Origin: Paraspadella gotoi
Lineage: Eukaryota; Animalia; Chaetognatha
Direction of reading: 5' to 3'
DNA: 64,000 bases
NCBI GenBank assembly: GCA_051294375.1
Contig: CM119267.1
Span: 25,059,783-25,123,782 of the forward strand
Part shown: positions 35,465 through 49,000 of the stretch, piece after piece
Layout of the letters: every line of letters starts with the position of its first letter
Position numbering within the stretch: the stretch's first letter is position 1
Notes under the pieces: generated by a model
Told to the model about the DNA's origin: nothing
Seen by the model: only the letters and a program-made list of their open reading frames with translations
Databases searched by the model: none
Translations under genes and position numbers: made by a program

Positions 35465-38400
35465 ATGGATTGCTTCGGCCGCAAGTTGCAAGACCTCTTC
35501 CTCAGAGTTGTCTTGCTGGACAATTCGGAGGCGACCGTCTGCGTGGCCAAGAAGCAGAAAGGGCACCATCTGCTGCAGCAAGTGTTCGACCGGGTCAACC
35601 TGGTGGAGACAGAATACTTCGGCCTTCGATACATGGACATTGCCAACCAGACCTATTGGCTGGATGAGGAGAAGTCTATCGGGAGTCAATTGCTACGACG
35701 GAGCAGCAATACCAATACGTTATACCTGAGTGTCAAGTATTATTCACCGGATCCCGGAGAGTTGAAGGAGGAAATAACCAGGTCAGAGTGAGACTTGTTT
35801 TCACGATTTAAAAGTTTTCTTCGTGAAAAACCCGACCCGATCTCGTTTCCTCCCCAAATTCTCAGATACCAATTCTTCCTCCAACTGAAGCGCGACATTC
35901 TGCAAGGCCGACTTCCGGTTGGCGCCGAATCCGCGTCGCAACTTGGCGCTTTCGCAGTTCAGTCCGAACTGGGTGATTACGACGAGCGGCGACACGTCCC
36001 GGGATATGTTTCCGGTGAGGAAAATTGATTGATAAATTGTATCAATAATATAACAATTAGAGTTGATTCCTCTGCGTTGTCTATTCGAGAAATTTAAATG
36101 ATTTTTCCTTTTTTCATTATACCAACTAGAGTTCCGATTCGTGCCCGACCAAACCCCGGAATTAGAGGACGCCGTCGAACGACTTCACGCGACACTGACC
36201 GGCCAGACACCCGAGGACGCCGAGTTGTGCTTTTTGCGTCGCGCCAAGTGGCTGGATCTCTACGGAATCGACACGCACTTGGTTACGGGCGAGGGAAACG
36301 TCGAATACACGATCGGGCTCACTCCAATGGGGGTTATAATTTTGAGGAACCAGACAAAAGTAAATTGAAAACTCTTTGAAATAAATGATGGGGAAAAATT
36401 GTAACTTTCCCTCTTACTAAGGTGGGTTCCTATGCGTGGCCGCGAATCACCAAAATCTCCCTAAAGCGACGTCACTTTTTCCTTCGCGTCCGAGACAAAA
36501 CAAACGAAGACTCAGTCTACGCCTTCGAGGTGGCGTCGAAAACCGCCTGCAAGCATCTCTGGCGCTGCGCCGTCGACCAACACCTCTTCTTCACCGGAAG
36601 GAGCCAAAAGACAGCAGCGCCGCCCGTTGAGAGGAAGGCGCCGCGTTTCGATCGAGCGCCGTCGCGACGCTATCAGCGGCGGAGCGGAGGGCCGATTGGG
36701 TGGGAGGATGACGGCGCCAACGTTGGTGAGTCTTACGTTTAAAATGCGATATTTGATATAATCTAATTTAAGTCTTATTATTTAATATATATCCATCGTT
36801 TTATAAATTTCTTATTTAATCCAGGTCGTAGATACCGAAACGCCAAAAGCCTTTCCCGATTAGATCCCGACGGCCACGACGCCGCCTCTCCGGCGGAAAT
36901 GCCAACGCAACGGATGCTCGCTCCAGCGCCGACGAACGTGATCAACAAGACGCCGACGCATGCGAGGGAAAACATTCGTCAGCGCGACGCCGACCGAGGC
37001 GCCAACGATTCGCCTCGTAGCACGCGCTCGGCACCGTGGGAGGTGGGCGGCACCTCTGGTGGACTTTACACTTCCGGCGAATCTCCCCTCTCTGTCCGAA
37101 GTTCGCGCAGCGGCCGGAACCACCATTCGAAATCCGGTGACCGCGGCCATCGACACCACCGACGGCGGAACGCTTCCGGCGCCGAAAGCGAGGGTGGCGG
37201 TCGGCACCGGAGACGGCGCCACCGGAGAAGGCGCGAACACGGCGGCGACGAAGACGACGACGTAAAAACGAACGAAGACAAAGTTCGAGCAAAAGAGAAC
37301 GAACGAGGAGAATCTGATGAAGAGAGCGAAAAGTCATCGGGAAGCAGAAGGCGCCGTCAGCGGAGATCGCGCGACCCCGGCGGAAGAGATAGCGGCGACG
37401 AGTCTGAATCGTCGCGACGTCGAAGCCGGCGAATTTGTAAATCCGGAGAGTTCGGATCGAGAGAAGGAATTGACGGAGCGACGCGTAAGTCTGCCGCCTC
37501 TCTCGGTGGCATCGCGACGAGGAACGACGAGGCAGGCTCGGAACGTTCTGATCGATCGAGGAGGCGAAGGGCGGCGAATCCGCCCGAAGAAATTCGTCAT
37601 TACATTCACTACGGACTCGTGGAACCGCCGCCGACCGGCGTCGCCATGAACGCGATTCCATACACGAGCGTGGGAGGGAACAACGAAAGAACAGCGTCGG
37701 AATATTCGGCCGTAACCAATCGAACTTCTTTAGCGGCGTCTCGATCGATCGAACGACTCGACGCAACGCTGCCGCTTTCTCCCAATTCAGTCGTCGATGC
37801 CTCCTTTAACTCAGGCGCCGGATGCTCCTCCGTCCTTCTCGACAACTCGGCGTCTTTCCACAACGTCGTCGATTCGAGGGAGGGCGCCGTGAGTCCCGAA
37901 GCCCGATCACCGACAGCGGCATCAAACTCTTCAGCTGCCTTCGTCGCCAGAAATGGACGCGTAAATTTCGAGGAAGATCGAGCGGCTTCGGGAACGACGG
38001 AAGAAGATCAGGCGTCGGGCATCGCGTCGCAGCGCCCGACAACGGCGTCTCCGGCTTCTATGAGAGCGTCGCCGGCCACCGGAAAACGAGGAACCCCGAC
38101 TTCAGTCCCTGACGCCGACGCCCCCGTCGTATATTCGCCGCCAGTGAACAAGAACGCCCAAAACTTGCCATCGGGACAAAGGGGACAATTCGCGGCACAA
38201 TCCAGCGCGACGTCGAACAATCGGCAAATTCCGGTCCATCACTTTCCGGCGACGTCGAGTGCTTCGCCGGTAATTCAGCAGCAGAATCCCTCCCATATCC
38301 AGCAAAATTCTCCCTATCACCAGCAAAGTCCCCAATCTCTATATCGTCCCAACAACCAACAACGCTCATCCGCCACCGCTTCCACAAGCACCTCCTCCCC

Positions 38401-39154
38401 TTCCCCCCTCGCCTCTTCTTCCTCTTCGTACAACGGCAAGGACAGCAACGAAAATTGGCCCTTCACCGGACGACGCCAACCAGATATTCCGAGTCCGGAT
38501 GGCAGCGCCGACGCCGGAGAAAACGCCCGCGGCGAAGCGGAGACGCGGACGGCGCCGCCGCCGACTGCGCCCCGAGAAAAACGCGTCACTTACGCGCCGC
38601 AAGGATTCGTAGTCGGCGTTAATGGCGGCGTCGGTTATACGGACAGTTTAAACAACGGCGTGGGTTTTGCCCGGCCCGGCGGACAACCGGCTTATTATGC
38701 CCGACGAAATTCAATGCTGCTGCAGCAGCAACATAATCGCAATTACGATTTTCACCATCGGCAGCAACAACCGGAAATTCTTCGACACTCTGTTTCTATT
38801 CAAGAATTACAGCAGAAGATTCATCCGAACTCGTTGCGGCAACCGCCACAGCACAAGGCCTTGACTGCAAACCAACATTTCCAGCAGCAGCAAAAGGTTT
38901 TAAATAATCAGTTTCAACAGCATCAACAGCAGCCTCCCTACGGTCTCACGCCATCGATGATATATCTTAACGAAAAAAACGGCAACGTGGCTCCTTATCA
39001 TCCGGCGCAGCCACACCATCAACGGATGCAGCAGCCACAACCCGGTGTCGTCGGGGTTCCTATTTACTACACGGCAGTGCCGCCTTACGCCTCACAAAGA
39101 AGCGGAGGCGCGGATCCTTACGGGGGTGGAGTTCCGACAACGGGATATTATTAG
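35465..39154 (+). CDS. EPB41L4A: Band 4.1-like protein 4A (FERM domain)
   Basis: Exons 35465-35781, 35866-36014, 36130-36359, 36422-36725, 36825-39154. FERM motifs [67 protein letters not shown], plus 4A-type tail motifs APWE..GLY and HI..LVEP...IPYT. Confidence 0.9.
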
Positions 39155-39859
39155 TCTGGCTTAAACGTGTGAAGGGCTGGGGAAAGCTTATAGAAGTTAA
39201 GAGATTTTTTCAACGATGTTACGAAAGAATAATATTTCTAAAAAAAAATATTTTTCCGCCTTTCTCGCTCTTTTTTACCCTCTTTTAATTTTTGTATCTC
39301 ATTACTAAAGATTTACATACCTTCCGCCATCAGTACTTACCTGCCAAAGAATTGTAAATATTTTCGTGAAAAAAAATATATTATTTAACACATTACTAAA
39401 ATCATTGCAAGACGCCAATCAACTGTCGATTCAAAGAAATATAATTTGAAAAACTTTGAAAACAATGTTTTTTTTATCGGCGTAGAGAGATGTTTGTTAC
39501 GATTGGTTCATGATCAAAAACATCTGTAATTATTAGATTTTTGGTAGATTTTTGATCATTCCACTTCCGTTTTCAAAAATAGGAAACCTAGGTTTTTTTT
39601 GCATAAGAAAATAATAATTAGAAAATATCAATAAAAGGGACACGAAATAAAGGGGCAATTTGTTGAACTGAGCCACCTGGGCAAAAATTCATTTTGTTTT
39701 TCTCGCTCTGATGTGATGGGGAAAAATTTGCGAAGAAAGAAACGGGATAACGGAAGAAAACTTCGATTATGTGAACAAAAAAGTATTTTGTTTCCCGCGC
39801 AGAAGTCCTCGAACTTTCTTTCAGACATCTCCGCCTTATTCTCGCTTCGTCTTGTAAAT

Positions 39860-39899
<40 letters not shown>

Positions 39900-40026
39900 T
39901 TTTATTTATTTATTTAATTTTATTTATTTATTTAATTTTATTTATTTATTTATTTAATTTTATTTATTTCCGCCTCGCCGCCTCATTCTCGCCTCGCCGA
40001 TTTATTGCCGTCCGCCCCTCATTCTC

Positions 40027-43000
40027 TCAAAGCGGCATCTTGTTTCCCTCAATGCAAACGGTCATCGCTCTCTGTTGTTTGCTGTTCTTTCTTTTTTCCA
40101 CCATCTTGCGCTGAGCAAGTTCGTAGCGATTGAGGGACTTCTTGGCGGAGCCTCTGTCGGACGGACCATCATCTATCCCCGACTTGGGCCGAATCACGTA
40201 ATCTTTGGACGAGGGCATAGGGACGCGGGCGCGGGCGCACCAGCCAGCGTCACCGGGACGGAGTGCCTGGTAGAAAAATAAGAAAGATTACAGTAAAATT
40301 GTTAGTCAATATCAGGAACAGTGACCAAATAACTAAAATTAACAATCAAACAACCATAGGACAAAATTTAATTTTATCCAAGAAAACGTAGAAGCCAAGT
40401 TTACCTTGTCTTTGCCGGCTAAGCTTTTGTCCAAATCTCTCCGGGGAGTCTTCAAGCCCTCCTCAACCGTTTTCCGGCGCTTGTTATTGAGTTGGTCATA
40501 GTCGCGTTGCTCGCGATCTTCCTTGGAATAGCGCTGGTAGTCGGTGGAGAGATTAAAGATGGGGCGAGACCACTCGTTGATAAGGCGGCCCGCCCGCTCC
40601 TTGTTTTCCCGAGTTTCTTTAGGATGCTTGTACAAGTACATGACTGCTTTGCCGATACCTAAAAACAAAAGATAATGTAAGTATAGAGAAAAAATAAGAA
40701 GAAAACACCCTTTTACTTTGGTTTAGAGAGAAAATAGATACCTCATAGGAGAGATAATTTTAATTTATTTTTATTGTCGCAATCGCTTTACGTTTGCGAC
40801 GATTTTGCTGTGGTTTTGCACATAAGTGGCGTCATCGTCGTTGTCGTTGTCATCAGCATTCCAAATTATAGATCGCCTTTTTTATGATTAAATTTGGGTG
40901 TATGAAGCTGAAAATTTATATACAGTTTCTCATCATCGATGTGCTTAAAATTGAGTCAGGACAGTTATTAAATATGTTTTGTTTACGTTTTATCAAAACA
41001 AACAAATTTTCTCTTTTATTTTTATATTTCTTTCTCTCTCTCTTTTCTCTTTTAATTATAAGTCTCTCTCCCTCTCTCTTTTCCCTAGTCACTGATTCAT
41101 AGGGAAAAAAACGAGTGTGCAGCTGGCTCTGCAGGGGCTTATTCTTTTTCTCTCTTTTCTCCTGCTGCATCTGCTGCTGCCTTTTAATTTATTTCTTTTT
41201 TTCTCTCTCTCTCTACTTTTTTATTTTAAAAAAAAATTGAAATAGGATTAAACTCGTAAAATTAGGCATCGCATTCGTGCATGTTATCATTTGGCTATCG
41301 CAACATCGGGTTTTTATTTTGTTTTTTTTCTCAGGGGCTGCGTCTGCTGATTAGTTTATTTTTTTTACAATGAAATTTTTTTTTCAGAAACTAACTTTAA
41401 TTTTCCTCGGTACTTTATTATTTTTTTTAATTGACAATCGCAAAATATAATTTTTCTTTCTGTTTATAAATTAATTTTCTTTTCTCAATTTTTTTTTCTC
41501 TGGGGCTGCGTCTGCTGATCAGTTTATTTGACAATGACAAAAAAAACAACTTTTTCATTTTTTTCCCCATTTTTTTTCAGAAACTAACTTTAATTTTCCT
41601 CGGTACTTTATTATTTTTTTTAATTGACAATCGCAAAATAGAATTTTTCTTTCTGTTTATAAATTAATTTTCTTTTCTCAATTTTTTTTTCTCTGGGGCT
41701 GCGTCTGCTGATCAGTTTATTTGACCATGACAAAAAAAAAACTTTTTCATTGTTTTTTTTTCAGTAACTTCAATTTTCCTCGGTACTTTATTATTTTTTT
41801 TAATTGACAATCGCAAAATAGAATTTTTTTTGAGACGGTAAGCTCTGTAACTTGAGTACAAATGATAATTTGAAAGAGAGTTTTTGTCTTGTTATCAAGT
41901 ACTCATATGGCTACTACCCCTTCGGTAAGCCATTGCTCTTCGACCACTTTTGGGACATAGCAGTTTATTGTAAAAGTTTACCTTGAGTGGGAATCGAATC
42001 CTACCATTCAATTCTGCGTCAAAGTCTTAGTTTTTAACCACTCGGCTATCTTGTTATTTAAAAAAAAAATCAAAAACCTCAATATAAATTTTGGTTTTTT
42101 TTTTTAGTCGGATCTGCTTTCACCATATCCCGACTCTATAATTCACTTTGTCAGTCCCTCAATCTTGTCGGGCATTCACTTATATCATGTCAGAACATCG
42201 AATTATAATAAATTATGCAAAAAAAAACGATGTCCGTCTCTCCGTCCTTCCCACATTAGCAAAAAACACCAATTACTCGTGATGGGATGGATGGATTGGA
42301 ATGAAATTTTGTGTGTGGGTAAGGAAGTGTGTGATTGAGCTGGATATGAAGTTTCGATGGAATCGTCCGAGCGAAAATGAGTTTAAATGGAAAAAAAATA
42401 TTTTTCACTATTTGAACAACAATTACTCATGAGTGGATGGGGCGATTGACTTAAAATTTTGTATGTGGGTAGAAAAGTGTGTGATTAAGCTGGAAATCAA
42501 GTTTCGATGGAATCGTTAGAGTGGAAAATGGAAAAAAATAAAAAAACGTGTTTCACTAATTGATTATGCTTTTTTCCCTTTTTATATTTAATGTAAGATG
42601 TATTAATTAATCAAATAATCAGTTAATTAGTCAATAATTAATTAATCAGTAAATTAATCAATCAAAACAAACATTTTGGATCAAAATAATTATTTAATTG
42701 CCTAATTAATTAATTAAATTGAATTAATTATTAATTAATTAATGATAATGATCATGGGCAGATCCGACATTGTTTGCTCAAACTTGTTTATGTTACAATG
42801 TGTTATGATCTGTTAAGATCACAAATTGAAAGTCAGAAAACATTACTAAGAATTATCATCGTATTAGCTTATTACCACTTAATTATTGTAGGCAGATCCT
42901 ACATTGTTTACTTAAACTTGTTTTTATGCAAATCGAAAACTTAGATTAGTCTTTTTTTGAAATGATTTCATTCTTTCATTCTCTCAATCATTAGCCTATT

Positions 43001-46000
43001 TATTAATATTGATACAATAGGCGACGAGGTATAAAAACAGTTTCAGTTGTTTCACAATAAGCAACTGGTTAAAAGCAACGTGAAAAAGTTCAACGTCGCG
43101 GCTTAAAGAGGCAACTGCTTCTGACTTTTCCTCAATTTCAAACATTAAAAATAAGCCAGATTTTCAATCTCTTCTTCGTATTAATCGTCGTTGCGATGTT
43201 CCGTCACGAATCGGGAAACTTGAGACTCGGGATATCGAAATCTCTGCCTTCGAACGTTTATTTTTTTATTTCCCCCAAAAAAACTAAAAGCGAATCTACA
43301 GCCGAGTGCCAAGTTCTGATGTCCCAAAATTGGTTGTAGAGCAATGGCTTACCGAAGGGGGAGTAGCCATATGTGTACTCGATATCAAGACAAAAGCTCT
43401 CTTTAAAATTATCATTTGTTCTCGAGTTACAGAGATTGCCGTCTCAGAAATTCTAAACGGATGCTACTGTATCAAACTTTGTCGTCAATCCAGATTTTTC
43501 TTATGCGATTGCGACGATCCTTATGCTTTTAATATTTTTTTTTTCATATATTTTTATGCCTGGAGGATGATGTCAATATTCACTTGCATGGTCATAAACG
43601 TCAGCCTTAAAAGGCAAAATTTATCAGAATAAAATTTTCGAGTTTCTCTAGAAAGATTTCTGACGCGCTAGTGCTAAATATTAAAAAAAAAACGTTTCAT
43701 TGATTTCTTCAAGCATTTACCATAAATGAGTTATGGGTATAACTGAAAGTGATATGTCTCTATATGACGAAAAAATTTTCTTCAAGTTTTATATTAAAAT
43801 TTAAGTATTGTACCAATAGGATTAAGTGAGACACTCCCGCTTTGCCGAAATTTTTATTTAACAAAGATTTGTACTGCGTAGTTCAAATCCTTAGTTCTTT
43901 AACAGTAAAAAAAAGTTATTTTCTTGAATAACGTTTGAAAGAGAAGAGTTTTATTAAATTTTATGCATAATTATTTACACAGCTTTTGTTTAAATCAGAG
44001 TTAAAAGTATAACAGTTTTTTGCATTAAAAGTTTCAATGAAGGCATATGAAATTTTTTATTTTTCTTTTGTAATTTGAAAAAGGAAAGACTGAATTATAT
44101 TTAGATTACCATTAAATTTTCTCTACGCCATAAATTTGCTTGTATTTTTCAGTTAAAGTAAAATACTAACAAAAATTTATGTAGTAGCTTGATAAAATGT
44201 CTTTTTAAATATGAAAAATGATATATACAAAAATGTTTTCAGCTTCATATAAACAGTCTGGACATCTACCATTTTGTCTGTGAAAAAAAAATAGTCATTT
44301 TTCATTAGCTTCAACTGCAAACAAAAAGCTTGACACACTGCTTGTTTATCATAATAAAATTTTTAAAAAATACATAGCTTGCGACATATATTGATAATTG
44401 TAACAATAGGCGCTAACATAGTGGTGAAGGAGATGGAACCGATGATCATTTATTTCCTTATCATCCCTTACTTTTGCCACTTATGAGCAAAACCACAGCA
44501 ATATCGTCGCAAACGCAAAAAAGAATAAAAAGAATAAAAAGAATTTCGCGGAATAGCCCATTGGAAAATGACTGACTTAATGATAGAATTTTTTAGATTT
44601 CTTTACAGCCCCCATTTCACAAGATATAAAAAGTCATGATTATCATTATCAGTATGCCCAGATTATCTGTACCCTTTCTGCAACCTGCATTCCAAATTTT
44701 CTTTTTTCCTTTTCAAATGTATTAAATTAAAAAAATTATTTGAGAGAACGATCGGCGTAGAGGATCGCCATAGAGTATGCCATTGGTAAGCCTTAGTTAC
44801 CCCACTTCCAGATCGAATTTTTAAACTCGATTTTTTTTCCATCTATTCGAGACATAACACTAGCTATTGATTTTATTATTTTTTTATTTCTCACATGATA
44901 TTTTGCGTAATCAGAGAAACGTTCAGCGTGTCAAAAAAATAAGAAAAAAAAAAACAGTAAAACGTTCTGACAAATTTATGGAGGAATCTAGAGAAAACAA
45001 AGTTTGTTTATGTTTACAAACAACGAATTTTATTTTTTAAACGGACATATTTCGACTCTTTTTCGAGTCTTCATCAGCGCAATGTGAATTTATTAACAAT
45101 TTTGTCAAACATTATGATGAAGGGTGAGAAAGAGAAAGAGAGAGAGAGGGAAAGCGTCCAACAAAGAATTGAGTAAAGGATAGTGTTGAAAGCCTTTTAA
45201 TTAATTCGCAAATATTTTGAGAATCGAACACAACCCCCCCCCCAAAATTCTAGGAAAAGAGTTGACCTGATGACTTGAGTCGCTCTGTGTCCTCGATCTT
45301 GAAGTCTCCGAGGATCTTGAGGAGATTCTCGCGGATGTTGAGAGAAGGGAGACTCTTGTCTGGAAGAGGGGCCAACCATTCGGTGATGCCTGTGAGAAAT
45401 TGTATCGGTTCATGCTAATCTTATTTTTTTTAGTATTCTTTGTGATTTACTTGATATAATAATAATAATAAAATCGCAAAGCAAAAATTTGGACCCATGA
45501 CAAATTTTGATACTAAAAAAATCAAATTTGATACTTATGTATCAAATTTGATTTTTTGGCTTAATATATAAAAAAATGAGATGAAATGAATGAAATAAAT
45601 TTATATTTATTTAATTTAAATAAATGAAAGAATTGAGATAAATAAATTCCATTGAATAAATAAATTTAAAAGTATGAACTGAATTAATGGTAAAATGATA
45701 ACATGCGCTACTGCGATGTTCAACATCACGAGTTGGAATCTGATAAAAAATTTTCTTTAATAAAAAATAAAGAGAGAGAGAGAAAGAGAGAGAGAAAGAA
45801 AAAAAAGAGAAAAAGTGAAAAAAAAGAAAGAAAGAAAGAAAGAGAGAGAAAGATTTCAGCCGCTGCAGAGCTCAACTCGTTTTTGGACTAACCAGAAGAG
45901 GCAGTGACTGAGAAAACGAGAGAAAAGAGAAAGAAAGAGACATAAATAGAAGAAATTTGTTTTATTTAAAATATAAACAAACAAGATTTAATATACGACC

Positions 46001-49000
46001 TCATCAGTTTTCAAGGACCTTGATGATGAGAATATATATCTAAATTTTCAGCTTCGCACAAATAATATAATAAGTAAAAAGTTAAAAAAAAACAATCTAT
46101 ATATAATTTTATAATATAGATTAAATAGTAAAACCTTTATAAAATAAAATAAAAAATAGTGAAACAAGTAATTTTGCAAATTTTCATAAAAAAGTTAATC
46201 TATAATTTGGAACACCAACGACAATGACGCCATTTATTGGGACCATCGTAATGAAATCGTTACAAGCGCAAGCGATTCTTACGATAAAAAAAAAATCTTA
46301 AGAGCATAAGGATCGTCGCAATAGCATAAGAAAAATCTGGATTGACGACAAATTTTGATACTAAAAAAAACAAAATTTGAGAAAAGAAAATTAAATTATA
46401 AACAAAGAAAAATTCTATTTTGCGATTGTCAATAAAAAAAAATAATAAAGTACGGAAGAAAATTAAAGTTACAGTTTCTGAAAAATAGCAAAATGATAGC
46501 ATGCACGAATGCGATGCCTAATTTTACGAGTTCAATCCTAATTAAAATTTTTTTTTAAATAAAAACGCAGAGAGAGAGAGAGAGAGAGTGAAAAAAAAAT
46601 AAATGGCGATAATAAAAGTTTTTAGAAGGAAAAAAATAATCAGAGAGAGAGAGAGAGAAAGAAATCAAAAGACAGCAGCAGAAGCAGCAGGAGAAAAAAG
46701 AGAAAAAGAAAGAGCCCCTGCAGAGAAAGAAATCAAAAGGCAGCAGCAGAAGCAGCAGGAGAAAAGAATAAGCCCCTGCAGAGCCAGCTGCAGAGTCGCA
46801 GACTCATTTTTTTCCCCTATGAATCAGTGACTAGGGAAAAGAGAGAGGGAGAGAGACATGTAATTAAAAGAGAAAAGAGAGAGAGAGAGAAATATGAAAA
46901 TAAAAGAGAGAAAATTTGTTTGTTTTGATAAAATGTAAACAAAACATATTTAATAACTGTCCAGACTCAATTTTAAGCACATCAATGATGAGAAGCTGTA
47001 TATAAATTTTCAGCTTCATACAACCAAATTTAATCATAAAAAAGGCGATCTATAATTTGGAGCGCCGACGACAACAACGACGACGACGCCACTTATGGGC
47101 AAAAGCGTTACAATATCGTCGCAAACGCTTAGCGATTGCGACAATAAAAATGTGTGTTATGAACGATCACAATGTGAATACAAATATTTGACCCCTGAGC
47201 CGAGATATGGGCCCCAGGAGGGGTGACCCATAGGGGCAAATTTTTTAAAAATTTTTTGTTTTGAACAGTTGCACAGTCGTTTAATATTTTTAGCCTTTTC
47301 TGCCCCCCCCCGTGGTCCAGCCCAAGGGCCCTGTATTTCTGGTCATGGGTTGAATATCAAAATTCGCTTCGATAGCTCCATTTATATGGTCATTAGGACT
47401 ATATGTAAAATTTCATGAAATTCGATCGGGTAGTTTGGTGGGAACAGATACTTGTGGAAAAGATGGGCTGAAGATGACTATCCGTTACTTCTATAACCCC
47501 CTCTAGCAGCCATGGAACGGGTCCTGGGCTAGGAACCAGGCTTGAGGGTTTGCCACGCCCCCAAGGCGGCTTACGCCCTACCTCACTTACGGCCCTACCT
47601 CACTCTTCCCGCAGGGTAGGTACCGGGTTGGGATTGAACCCGGTACCGAGTGGTCATGAGGTGATGGCTTTACTCAATGAGCCACCGGGTCACAACTGAA
47701 AGTGTCATGCTTATAGGCGGGGTGAACCTAGGCAATGCCCGACTACATACTGGTCACAAATTGTGATAATATTAATTAGCCATCGTCGGGGTTTAGTATT
47801 TATAATATGAAGCCCTCTGTATGCTAAGTTACAGAGAATCATAATTGTGGATAAGGCGCTAAGTGGGCTGAAGATGACTATCCATAACTTCTATAACCCC
47901 CTCTAGCAGACATGGAACGGGTCCTGGGCTTGGAACCAGGCTTGAGGGTTTGCCACGCCCCCAAGGCGGCTTACGGCCGTCCTCACTCTTCCCGCAGGGT
48001 AGGTACCAGGTTGGGATTGAACCCGGTACCTAGTGGTCATGAGCTGATGGCTTTACTCAATGAGCCACCAGGTCACAACTGAAAGAGTCATGCTTATTGG
48101 CGGGGTGAACCTAGGCAATGCCCGACTACATAATTAAGGGAGTCATAATTAGATCAAATATTTGATATATAACAATCAATTTTGAAAAACCTTGTAGATG
48201 AGAAACTTAATCTAAATTTTCAACTTCATATAAATGCACACTTTTATTATAAGGCGATCTATAATTTTGAACGCCGACGAAGCCTACGTTGTTTATTATA
48301 GGAGGCAACGTCGTTCTGAGAAATCGAGGAAGATTTTTTCAATGGAGATTTTCGTTCAAATCTGACTACCAAACAATATAAAAGCTCCTGGGAAAAATTC
48401 CAGTAAAAAATCGATGTAAAAACACTTGATTCTGATCCTGTTGCATCTGAAGGGCTCGCATTTTTTTTCTCTTGTCAAATCATCAACATCTTGATATCAA
48501 ACAAGTCAGAACAAATAGAGTCAAATAGACTGCTTCTATACAAAAAAATTTTTTATCTTTGATTTTATATAGAAATGAAAAGGATTTCTTCCCTTCAAGA
48601 CAATATAAACGTATTTGAGATATGTTCTTGTTCAATAAATGACATTAAATTCAGAAATCCTCTGGCAAAGTGTCTGAAGAGCTGTCAAAATTTTTTTTGG
48701 TTTTATTTAGTTATTTTAATATGATACGATCATGCTAAAGTGAATTAGTCAATTTTGGTAAAATCTTTATTTAAAGTAAAATTAAAATCTTCTATGGCGA
48801 AAATCTTCCAAAGAAAGGGTGGATTTTCCAAAGATTTCGGTTAATATTTTCTATATTTATGGTCGGATTTTTATGAAACTTAACAATAGCAATATTGCCA
48901 TCATTCTACATTGGCTGGTATAAGAATATATTAAATAAACCTCTGGCTTATTTTGTCAAAGCTTAGTCCTATTTATTAGGACCATCGTCCCAAAATCGTC

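Noticed and set aside
37314-37340. CTGATGA..GAAA..GTC hammerhead-like string
   Set aside because: No stem II; it is coding sequence (SDEESEKS).
47466-47492. CTGAAGATGAC hammerhead-like start
   Set aside because: Followed by CTTC rather than GAAA; a simple hairpin.
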